Source: Zootoca vivipara
Lineage: Eukaryota
DNA: 64,000 bases
NCBI RefSeq assembly: GCF_963506605.1
Contig: NC_083277.1
Span: forward strand, 51,956,001 to 52,020,000
Direction: 5' to 3'
Shown here: in pieces, positions 1 through 12,700 of the stretch
Position numbering within the stretch: the first letter of the stretch is position 1
How the letters are laid out: the number at the start of each line of letters is the position of its first letter
Program-made: the position numbers and the translations under genes
The notes under the pieces: model-generated
Told to the model about the DNA's origin: nothing
The model's input: only the letters and a program-made list of their open reading frames with translations
Databases searched by the model: none

Positions 1-624
1 ATACTTGAATCAGAATATTGTTGCATCTAATAAAGCAGAGGTGAGTCTATGAACAAGTAGCAAGCCTAATGATTATTTCCCTACTAGCCATCTCCATATA
101 TTGCCTGTTTGAGCATTCTGTAGTGATGTACTACTATATTTGGTCGGATAGAGTAAAAGAGAACCCAATAAACATTTAGATTGTGCTAACTTACATAGTT
201 CAAAGCCCAGTAATCTTTGGAAGCTGGGCCCAATTTACATATTGTGACTGTCCCAAAGAGGACATGTAAAATAGTTGCACATGAAGGTTGGTATCAAATG
301 GTAGGCAGTTTGCATAAATTTGCATAACTTGCCACCAGTAACAGCCAGCATGGTGAGACAGAGCTGCTCTCCCAACACCAGCATCTCTGCAGTTTGCCTG
401 GAAGGCACTGGGATAGTAGTGAGGCTGGTGCTGTACAAATGCAGCAGCAGAGCCAATCCTGCACTCCCAGCAGCACATTGGTGCAGCCCCAACCTCACTC
501 CCACCCCACCTTCCCTTCCCAGTGCTGTCTAGATTGGCATAATCTCTTCATGCCTTTTAAGACCAACTGAATTTTTGCAAGTAACGATTGGATTCCTGAT
601 ACTGTCTTCTCCTTATATGCTCAG

Positions 625-730
625 TTCTGGAGCCTGGGCTTGCTTCGATGAGTTCAACCGCATTGACATTGAAGTGTTGTCTGTAGTTGCCCAGCAAATC
701 ACAACAATTCAGAAAGCTCAACAGCAGAGG
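625..730 (+). CDS. DNAH1: DNAH1 exon (window exon 1), AAA1 Walker B
   Basis: cag|..[35 protein letters not shown]|gtaagt. Confidence 0.93.
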
Positions 731-3700
731 GTAAGTTAAGACAGTGAAGAGTGAAGGAATTTGGCTTCCCGAACCACCCTTTTATTTCTCCAGTAGGTAC
801 TAGGACATCACCAAGTGGGATATCATTATGCTTCACTTCCTTGAAAATGTCACCACTCCTAAAGGCTTCTGTTGTTGCCCCTCTAAAGTGACACTTCATT
901 TTTTCTGCCCTTGCTTGAAGCAGACCAAGCTGGTGCTCTTCTGACCTTTAATTGTTTGTTTGTGCATATAATTTGGTTGCTTTCCCCTTGTATATATGAT
1001 TCTTGGTTGTCTCCTGAAGTTTTTCTCCCCAGTGGGCTGTTTTTTTTTGTTTTGTGGAGGTTTGAGTGATTTCTGAGATGCTATTTAAAGCTTGTTGTTT
1101 TTCCTGCCTACGTATTGGCAGATTTAGGGGGTTCTCCTCCTTTATATTGGCAGTTCCATAATCATTTAATAGAATGCATATTTTAAATGTCAGATGATTT
1201 TACTTTTATTACTTTTTTGACAGGTAGTCCTTTGGAGACCTTTTTTAATATGAATATATTTCTAATAGAATATTGAACTGGAAAATTCTGCTTCCCTAAT
1301 TAAGAGAAAAGGAAGCTTTCAAGGCTCCTATTAGTCCCTTCTGCCACTTAACCGGCAGTTTAGTGTAGGAGTTTTGGGCGCTGCACAGGTTTTCATAGCA
1401 TGGCAAAACCCTGCTACTGCGCAGAGGTTTGAATAGTTTTCGCCTAGCTGAAGAAACTTCTTTTCAAAGTTAATTGGCTGGTTTCAATACATTCAGAAGG
1501 GTCGTTACTTGCATTCTCTGGTGCTTGTTATGTAAGCTGTTCTTTTCAGATTGTGGGCTACAGAGTAGGTATCTTTGTGCTGGTGTTCTAGTTCTGCTTC
1601 AAGTATGTTGGTACAAAAACATTATCCAGCATTTGTTTTATTTGCTGTTTAAGTAGAAATTTGTTGTATAAGTAGATGAACATATGACAAGCCTCAAGAC
1701 AAAGGTAGAGACTCTCCAGCATGGAATCCACTGGTGGATTCTATTTCTTTTATTTATTCATGAAATTTATAGTCAGAGAGGCATGGCTAACTGGTTACAA
1801 AGACTCAAAGGCAGAAAAAAAGTCATTACTCCTAAAGGCTTTTGTGCCGCCCCTCCCCTGGAGTGATAGTTTGCCCTTCCAGCCAGAACATATACTGTAT
1901 ATTCCTGAGTATAAGACTACTTCTTAACCCCAAAAATCTTCTCAAAATTAGGGGGTCGCCTTATACGCCGGGTCCCCCGTGAACCGAGCTGCCCGCTCGC
2001 CTAACTATATTTAAAATAGAAAATTGGGGAGTCGTCTTATATGCCCAGTCGCCTTGTACGCCGGAATATACTAACAGATATCCTAGAAAGAAACTAATGG
2101 CATGACAGACTCCAGACACCAGGAGTAGCCATCCATAATATAAGAAATGTAAACAATCCCAGTGAAGGGCCTTGGTGATGTCCTAGTGCCTCCTTAGAAA
2201 CACCTTTCACGTCAATACCATAGGCACCAGGACACCAGCAAACGACATGCTCCAATGTTACCCCTACTAATCCTAGGATGGGAGCTGGCAAATTAATGAT
2301 GAGGAATTAATTTCTGGAGGATATGCCTTCCAAATGCATCCTCCAAGGAAGCATGCAAGTCCATCATATAACTCTCTGTGAAAGAATTTGGAGTAGCCCA
2401 AGTTGCCACCTGACACACCTCTAGAAGAGATGCAGTGGATGCAAATGCAGCCAAAGCCACTGCAGGGTAGAATGAGCAACCATGCCTTAGGATGGACCAA
2501 GTTCAGGGAAGTGCAAATCTAAGGGAGGGATGTCATTGTGTGTCCAACTGAATCCTAAACAAATCTGGTCCTGGCTGCAAACTGATGAGTGGGTAGTGTG
2601 CATCTTTGGACCAGCCCAGTGAGGACATTTGACTGGATTTGTAAGGTTAGATTTATCTGTTTTGACAAAAAAAAAGGATTTTGTTCCATCTGGAATTGAG
2701 GATATTTGCTTACCAGCAAGTCATTCACTATGATGATGTTTTACTGGGTCTAGGTGGATCGCTTCATATTTGAAGGAGCTGAAATTGCACTGGTTCCATC
2801 TTGTGCGGTCTTCATCACAATGAACCCTGGCTATGCCGGACGCACTGAACTACCGGATAACTTAAAGGTAACTAAAGACTGCTGGACTTTGCTACACTCA
2901 GTTCATATATGAACAACTGTCTCTTACTTAACTGTAATGCTATGACATCTACGTTTTGACTATCTCAGGATGCAGTTCTAAGGTTGGGAAGGGGCAGGAA
3001 CAAAAGGCAGTTCAATGACCACATCAAAGGCCTGCTGGGCTCATCCTTTATTTGTAGACATAAATGGGATGGGAGTATCCCAACCTCTAGAATGTATTGC
3101 TTTGAAGGGAGAAAATCTCTTCCAATTTCAAAGCATAGGTAAATTTGGTGAAATTTCCACTCCCACAAAGTTAGGAAAATCACTTAAATTCACGTTGGCA
3201 AGGGAGACTGTTTTTGAATGCTACTAAGTCTGATTATGCAATAAGATGTTATATTATCCCCCAAATAGTTGGAAATGCCTCCTCAGAAATCTCAAACATT
3301 AAAAAAAGATTTTAGCTGCAACTGGCAAATTTCATAGATTCTATCTTCTGTGTGCAATTAGAAAGGGTTGCTGCCACTTGGGTTGATAACCTCTTTTGTG
3401 CGGATTGCTTTTAATTTGCTTACCATCCATAAGCACAGATTGCTAAGAGTAAATATATGTGGAGCCTTCCCTCTTCATGGTGACTTTGTGCTTTCCAGGC
3501 TCTTTTTCGTCCTGTGGCTATGATGGTTCCAGATTACTCTATGATTGCTGAGATTTCTCTGTATTCATTTGGCTTCAATGAAGCCAAAGTTCTGGCAAAG
3601 AAGATCACTACCACCTTTAAATTGTCTTCTGAACAACTCAGTTCCCAGGTCAGTATTTTTGAGCCATCCAGCCTTCCTAATGTAGGAGGAATCTTTAGAG

Positions 3701-6700
3701 TGCCATTAGAGTACATCCTGTAGCTTGGAATTGTTGCTGATTCTGATATCTTGTACTTGGAGCACCATATTCTCTTCTCACTTTCATTGCTATCTCAGTG
3801 GCTGTCCTTTATCCGTTTTGGTCCTCCTTAGCTCAAGTTTTTGTGCAATCATATCAATGTTATCACTCATGCCCTGGTTTCATTTTCAGTTGTTACCAAG
3901 GAATTGCTTTATGAGGACAGAAGAAACTAAAAAGGATTGCTGCAGTATCTAATACCCTTCTTCATAACAGTACTCTCTGCCTCTCTATTCTTTGTCTTTT
4001 ACCTTTGTTCAGAATGAAAGTATGGCCTAGCTATGTAAAGATTCTCCCTCTTTTTCTTTTCTTAGGAAAGAGGCTGGGCTGCAAGTAGAGAAGGAGATTG
4101 GCAGATTGTTCCCTTTTCTTGTCTAACTGATTAGATGCTTGCCATTCCATTTCAGTTCCTATTTCCACTATTGTCATTTCCCATATCTCTGCTGCAGGAT
4201 CACTATGACTTTGGAATGAGAGCTGTGAAGACAGTCATTTCAGCTGCTGGCAATCTCAAAAGAGAAAATCCAACAATGGACGAGGCAAGTTCAAGTAGTC
4301 CCACTTTAAATGGCTCCATATGCAGTGTTGCATGAGGATGACTAGAATAGTTAAGAGCCACTTTTCTGGTTATGTTCTGGATATGTGTTGCTCGTCTGGT
4401 GGGGCAGAGTGTTGGGAATAACTTTCCAGCAGGGGCATAGACCCTCTAGTCCAAAACATATGGAGAGCATCATGTTGGTGAAGGCTGTGCTAAGACTAAC
4501 TTTGTTTAAAATTTTGTTCTGCTCTGTCTATACATAATCTACAAAGATTTGTACATTAAAATTCAACAACAATTCCATTTAGGGCTGGATCTTGTAACTT
4601 TTATTTCGATTATTTTGATTTCTTCAGTAAAAAATTAAGAATCTTGAAAGAAGGTGCAAAGATTAGTAGCTCTGTAGAATAATCAAGATTTCATAGTGTG
4701 GCAATTAAAGGCTGGGCATGGAAATCCAAGAAAATAGGAAGAACTTTTACTAATATACATTTCTTGCTTGCAGGAACTGATTTGCCTAAGGGCCATCAAG
4801 GATGTCAATGTTCCTAAATTCCTGCAGGATGACCTGAAGCTTTTCAATGGTATAATTTCTGATCTGTTTCCTAAGATCAAAGAGGAACCTATTGATTATG
4901 GCATCCTGGAGGAAGCAATTCACAGATACTGTCTTAAAGACAACTTAAAAGATGTTGATGGTAAGTGAAAAAGTAACACATTGCTCTGTGGAGTTTTCTA
5001 AAAACTATATATTAGTCTCTAGTGAACTTTGGAAACTTGGCACCACAGCAGTGGATTACCGTATAATTTGTTGTTCAGCAATTGCAGCTCATGGATCATT
5101 GTGTGAGGGTGGGTTTTTAAGTGCCTGGATGGAACCTATCTGGGAATCCCATGTTCTTCACCTCATGTTATGTGGAAGAAAGGCAGAATACAATGCCATA
5201 ATTAAATAATAGAGCAATGCTTTACTTGTCTGTTCAGAATTAAGTCTCATTGGGTTCAGTGGAGCTTACTCCAAAGTAAGTGAATATAGGATTGCAGCCT
5301 CAATAAATAAATCTGTCTTTCCATCTGTGGGCATTCCTTTTTAACCTCTGCTCTGATTTTGTTCTCAGAGCATCAAAAATGGAAATTAAGTAGATCAGGC
5401 CCAGAAATTCTTAAAGCAAAATATTCACAGCAGTGAGGAAAATGTCATTTGTTTATTTTTAAAGCATCTGTATACCACTTAACATTTTAAATTCTTGCCA
5501 GGAAAAGTATAAACCCCAAATCTATGCTCATTTTGTTCCCCTGATTACATTTGTTACCTAGATTTTTTTGGTGTGATTTTTTTCCCTGTTTCCTAACACT
5601 CTGGCAGAATACTGTGCAATCTAAGTAGGACCGTAAACTTGGAACTTTATGTCATTTACCTGAAGCGTATATTTAATATTTATTATTATTTTTCATTCTG
5701 CTACATGCTTTAACGTAAAATAGCTCCTGGAGCAAAGAATATTTAAAATAACAATAAAAAATGATCAAAGCTTTAGAACATTAAAATTAGATAAAATAAT
5801 AATTCCACTGATAAAAACCAAGCTCAGTCTAAAATACCAGGCAAATAAAATGGTTTTTCACCTGATGCCAAGAAAAGAGAGAATTGCAAAGTTGGTGTGC
5901 TGTAAGTGAAAATGTGCTTTTATTTACATGTACAGTGGTACCTCGGGTTAAGAACTTAAATCGTTCTGGAGGTCCGTTCTTAACCTGAAACTGTTCTTAA
6001 CCTGAGGTACCACTTTAGCTAATGGGGCCTCCTGCTGTCGCCGCTGTGCAATTTCTGTTCTCATCCTGAAGGAAAGTACTTAACCAGAGGTACTATTTCT
6101 GGGTTAGCAGAGTCTGTAACCTGAAGCATCTGTAACCTGAGGTACCACTGTATACTATATCACTCTCTGGATTCTACAATGTGCAATAGCTATGAAAGGA
6201 TTGAGTAAGTAATAGTAGCATTGTAGGCTGTGGTGACTTCTTTCTCAAGATGGCTAAGGAACAAACTGGTGTGTGCCTTCAGTGGTGCTTTGGGAGCTTA
6301 TAGCATCCACACAGTTTTGTATCCATAGACCTGCAGGCCTGTGAAAGCAACTGTGAGGCATTCCCATTCTGAATCTTTTTCTTCCAGGATTTGTGATGAA
6401 GTGCATCCAGCTATATGAAACTACTGTGGTACGTCATGGTCTCATGCTGGTGGGACCGACAGGCTCAGGAAAAACTAAGGTAAGAACTGCCGGAGGTGCC
6501 TGGTGTTGCTGTCAACAGATGAAAAGGAAATAATGCTAAGGTGGTTTGTCCAGCACTTACAGCATTTCCAGCCTTTGTGCTTGGCTTTAATGTGTTTTGA
6601 GATATTGTTCTGAGACAGAAAAATCCCTTCTTGCAAAGTACAGTAGCAGCCTGCATAGAAGAGCTTTGAAATAAGAACACTAGGATTAAAACTGATATAC

Positions 6701-9700
6701 TGATCTTATGTGTACTGTGGAAGAGCCTCATTAAGGAAAGTATGGCTGACTTTGAGCCTGTACAGCTTTGCTGGGATTTCTGGAGTGCGATGTTTGCCGA
6801 TATTACATCAACTTTCCAAAAGAATGAAGGCCATCCCCTCCTCTGTTTTTGTGATCAGTGCTTGTCTTTTATAATCCTCTTTTCTTAATCATGTCAAACC
6901 CTTGGACAAAGTCCTTTATTACTACTTTGCATTCTTCATTTTTGTAGATTCATGGTGAGTCTGAATTGTCTTTCTTTTCACCCTTCAAATAGATGCCATG
7001 ATGTTTTATTCCCTTGCACTCTTTCTGTCTTCAGTGTTACAAAGTTTTGGCAGCTGCAATGACATCTTTGAAAGGTCGGCCTTCAGTCAGTGGTGGAAAC
7101 TATGAAGCCGTCAATTATTTTATATTGAATCCCAAATCTATTACAATGGGCCAGCTGTATGGAGAGTTTGACTTGTTGACTCATGAATGGTAAAAGATAA
7201 ACACTGTCCTTATCTGTTCTAGATGGCTTCTGGTCTGCTCGTGTCCCTTTTCTAGGAATTATAAGCTCTGTATAAACTGAAATTTAAGGAAACTCCTCTT
7301 TTGTTAGGCATAACTTTAGCTAATGCCCATATGTTTTGATTGTACTTTTCTATGGCCTAAGAAAATCCATAACACTAAATGGATAACTGGTTGGCTCATG
7401 CACTTTCTTTTGAGTTGGGTTGGGTTTTTGCTGATGAGCCTGTGTAAGTAACATGAAAGAGATATTCAAGGCGTTAAAAGCTAATGAGAACTGGACACTA
7501 AACATGCACCTGCACCTGCAAATGTATCCTCTCATTCATTAATCAATGGAGTTGTCATTTTTATTCTGATGGCCTCCACACAAGGAAGGCAGAAGCATTT
7601 AAGGAGATTTTTCTTCCCTTCCCTTAAATTCGGCAATCTCACCACACTCCGGGTATAAAAGGTTTACAGGTGAACTGATGGAGACCGGTTCTGTGGATCA
7701 CTACAATCGCAGATCCATCTTCAGGAGTAAAGTAATAGAGATGGCCATAAAACCACAGCCCATGGAAAAACTCCACTATAATACATTTTTCCTGTTTGCT
7801 GTGTCAAGTACATACATCTATACTGTATGTGTGTATGCCAAGTAAATGTTTTGTGGGCTTTGGCTGAAGTGCATATTTATGCAACCTGTTTCCATAGCAT
7901 ATAATGGTTAAGTGTGGTGCCTTATTTGCAATACTGTTTTTGCCCAGTGTTCTTTCCAGCTGGGCCTCTGAGGGTTTTCTTTTCTTTTGATCTTGTAAAA
8001 AGATGACCATGCATATACTAAGTGTATGGATAAACAAAAATGAGCAATAATTATAGGAGTTTTACACTGATAACAACAATTCATTGATAGAGCTAAAATG
8101 TTTGACTGCATCCAGAGATAAAACACTTGGGCTACATCCAGAAGCAATTGATGCCTTTGCATTTCTGGCAATGAATAATTACATGCATTGACACTTCATT
8201 TTCTCTGATCAAAATAATCAAATGGGATTTTTTTTGGGTTTTTTTAAGGCAGATTCTGCTTTATGATCTTCAAAAGAGCAGAATCTGCCTGCATACCTAT
8301 TTAGGGCAAAATAGAGGACATGATGTGGAGAGAGACGTTTGGGTTCACAAATGTGATGCTGTCATAAATTATACTGGGCATTGCTAAATGGAAGTGTGCA
8401 ACTATTTGGTTGACTCCTGATCTCCTTCCTACCTCACAGGACAGATGGGATTCTTCCTGCTCTTATCCGAGTGGGAGCCATAGCTACTGATCTTAACAAG
8501 AAATGGTACATGTTTGATGGTCCAGTTGATGCAGTTTGGATTGAAAATATGAACACTGTGCTGGATGATAACAAGAAGTTGTGTCTTAGCTCTGGTGAAA
8601 TCATTAAGCTAACAGAGGTATCTTTCTCTTTCCTTCTTTTTGTTTCCTGGTATCCACACACATACACAGAGTCATTTCTAAATGTATAGTCTGCTTTTCT
8701 CTGAGAAAGAGGGAATATTTGGTTGAAATGTAGCCATTTGATTTTAGCATGCCCAAATTACTGTACTTAAGAACACAATTCTAGTATTTATGCTGGATGC
8801 TGCTGACCAGCACTGTGATTTCACTAATACATAATCCCAGTCAATGAGGGATTAGAGTTTTAGGATTCCCTCCACACTACGTACCTTTTGTGAAAAGCTG
8901 TGGGGAACAGTTTTGCTCCTTTCCTCTCATTTCCAGGCAATGACGATGATGTTTGAAGTGCAAGATTTAGCTGTTGCTTCCCCTGCCACTGTTTCCCGAT
9001 GTGGCATGGTATACCTGGAACCCAGCATTTTGGGATTACAGCCCTTCACTGAGTGCTGGCTGAAGAGAATCCCAGACATTATGAAGCCATTCGCTAGAGC
9101 CCTTGACTCGCTTTTCAGCAGATTCCTAGAGGTGAACCACTACAATATTCCTATATTTTGATTCAGTGTAAAATCTGTAAATCAGCCTAGCCTTTAGCCA
9201 AAAAGAGGATATGAACCTATCAAGTTTGCCTTTGTTAGTTTTGGGGCAGCTGGTGTATGCAGTTTATTAGATGACAGGAACTTCACCTGTGCGGTACATG
9301 AGCTATAATCTTCCAAAATGCCAATTTATTGTTATTTGGCTTGCAGTGGGAAAGTTCTCTGTGATTTGAGCCCTGTCTCTTTTGCTTCCAAGTTTAGCAA
9401 CCGGATTGCTTTTAAGATTTTACAGTTGTGTATTCATGATAATGATTTGGTTTTTTTTAATGGCATTTGTGGCTCTTGCTTTCATTACTTTGTGAAGCTC
9501 ATTTTCATGTCTCCTGGTCACTTTTTTTCTCCATACAGTATTAACAATCACAGGTTAAGACTAATAACAGGGGAGAGGTCAATGTCATGTGAAGATCTTC
9601 CTAGTCTTCGCCGAATGGCCAAACTAAATTTAGTCACTGGCGCTTTTTCTTCCTATATGGTGTTGTCTCAGAAGTACATATAGTTTTGAATCCCTTGCCA

Positions 9701-12700
9701 TATCAAGTGTTTGCTTGCAGAATGGGAGAAATTCAGTGTAGAACTAAGTGGGGCATATGCGTTCATGGAAAAATGTCCACTTGTGCAAAAAGACTTTCAG
9801 CACTGTCTTCACGTAAACCTGTGTGGGTTTTCTCCCAACCCTCCAGTGCAGGGGACATGCTGGGGGAGGAGAGTCACATTGTGCGAATGGACCTCATTCT
9901 GTGCACACAACTTCACTCACTTTTAATGATTGGTTTTTCTGTGTTTTTATTGGTTCTAGTTTTTATTTGTAAGCCGCCTTGAGTCCCATCAGAGTAAAAA
10001 AGGCAGGAAAAGCATAATTATATAACAACAACAACATTTAACTCTTGATCTTCCGAACCCTTTCAGGACTCTATTAGATTTGTCCGAAGTTCAGTGAAGG
10101 AAATAATTACCTCTACAGATGCTAACCTGACGATGAGTCTTCTCAAGTTGTTGGACTGTTTCTTTCAACCCTTCATTCCCGTTGAGGTAGGGCTGGTGTA
10201 GCTGTTGATGTTCAGGGTCCTACCAGGCTAAAGTAGAATGGACAACTGGGTCCAATTGAACAGATGGACTCGGAAATAAGTTCTACATTTATTGATAACA
10301 AACAGAGGAATTAGCAGACAGAAATGTACTTAAGCTTTGATATTGTTTACTGTGTTATCATTTGTGAATATCTCTTTGATAGGGTCTGATAAGTAAAACC
10401 TAGATGCTAAACCACTTTGGGGTTAATGCTGTGACAGTTGCAATGAATTTGTTCATCAGGGACTTCATGAACCAACTGGGTTGCAATAGATTTCTTTGTC
10501 CATAGAGACTGGAGCTACTTTCAGAAAAGGCATCCAAAATACATGTAGGGAATTTAGACAGATTTTGCAGATAATCTAAGGTTTTACTTTGTCACTAATT
10601 AACTTGTTCTGCTTCGTTTGTACTGCTAATTGAATCTTCAGGGAATGAAAAGAATCCCTGCAGAGAAAACAGCCCGTATTGGTGAACTGATTGAATCTTG
10701 GTTCATATTTGCTTTGCTCTGGAGTGTGGGTGCGACTGGGGATGCCCAAAGCCGTGTGGCCTTCAGTGTTTGGTTAAGGAACAAGATGGCAGATGAGAAG
10801 GCAAGTTGATGGAAATGGCATCTGTTCCTAAAAGCAGCTATAGGGCTCCTGTATTTCCAGAATTTTTGTGAGTTCCTTGTTTCTGCTGTCTCACAGATTA
10901 ACACTGCCTGCCTTGCTTCTGAATCATTATTTTGGCAGATACAGGAAAATATAGCAACTTTAACTAAATAAACTGGACGGAATCACTCTGAAGTTGTTTC
11001 CACACACTACATTCTTTATATTAGTCTCTTCTGAAGTAAAGCTAGCTGTGATGTTCACTGCCTGTTTCCTTCCCACAGATTGAATTACTGTTCCCAGAAA
11101 AAGGTTTGGTCTATGACTATAAACTGAACGATGCTGGAATTAGCAGCATTGAGGAAGAAGAAGATGAAGAGTTTGTTAACATGGTAAATAAATTCTCATC
11201 AGGGGATTCAGATATTCCACCCCTTGGAAACATACTGGAGGGGCCGCATGAGCTAACCTTTGACCTAGTCGGCATCCCCCACTTGTATGAGGGAGCTTTA
11301 TCTGTTACATCAGTGCATGCATAAATGTACACAGTAGCCAAATGTAGAGATGTTGGAGGGTTGTGGCCACCAAGGATATTGGCAGGACCAGGACTAACCT
11401 TCTTGGGCCTGCAGCCCTCTTCACTCTATAGAATCATAGAACTGTGGAGTTGGAAGGGATCACAAGGGTCATCTAGTCCACCCCCTGCAATGCAGGAATA
11501 TTTTGCCCCAACATGGGGCTCAAACCCACAGCCCTAAGATCTCATGCTCTAAGGACAGCGCTAATACTATTTTTCTTCCCCACCCCCTTTTTTCTTTTGC
11601 AGGAGGCAAATGAGAGAGGGCATTCTGACTGTTTGTGGGGAGGATTGGCAAAATGATTTAGATAATTTAGAGGGGGATAAGGGCTTAAGGGTAACAGTAG
11701 CTTCCCCTACTCTTTTTCTTGTCCCCTCCCCAACCCCCACTAAATGCATCTCGTCACAACACTAGCATCATTTCTATTTTTTAATTTTTATTAATTATTT
11801 TATAACCATATAAACACAGCATACACATCAAGCATAGTGACATTATTAAATTTTGATATTCAGTTTTGTTTTAATAATTGACTTCACCGTACAAAATGAT
11901 CTTAATTTTAATGCAAGAATAGAATAAATATAGTACAATCTTGCATATTTTGTATTGTAACAGCAGTGAAACAGTCTTAAATAATTCTGAGCATCATTTT
12001 TAAAGTAAAGAGAAAAGTCCTTGCCACCAGAGTAAGCACCTTTAAGCAACTCCTACCCCTCAGCATTGAAATCCCCGCCTGCCTCCATTCCTTAAGTCTA
12101 ACTTTCTTTTGCATTTAGGAAAATGGTGGTTGGGGGAGAGGATAATCCCAGATGTAGTTTCAATGAGACTTTGTCATGATTAAGATTGGACTGGTAAAGG
12201 GAAGTAGACTTACTGGAATCTCTGGAACATCACTGTAAATTTTCCCAAGATTCTACTGCTGAGGTTCTTTGCAAACTTAATTCTGTATTCAATTTCTGTA
12301 TTGGCCCGGATGTATTTAAGAAACTAATTAAGGATGTTTTAAGCCTCTGTCTGTCCTTCCCATCAAATGTACCTGTGTCTCTTAGGTGTGCTGGGAGAAC
12401 TGGATGGATTTCTCTTCATCATTTACCATGGTGCCTGATACCAGCTTCTGTGACATTATTGTTCCCACGATGAACACTGTCCAGATGGCTTTTCTGCTGG
12501 AGCTCTTGCTCACAAACCACAAACCAGTAAGTTTCCTGAATTTCAAGTGGAGTTAAGTTAGTATTGTAGAAAGGCAAATATTCTGTTGCTCAGTCAAGCC
12601 AGCATTAGTGCCCTGTTTCTCCTAAAATAAAACATACCCATAAAATAAGCCATAGCAGGATTTCTAAGCATTTGCGCAATATAAGCCATACCCCGAAAAT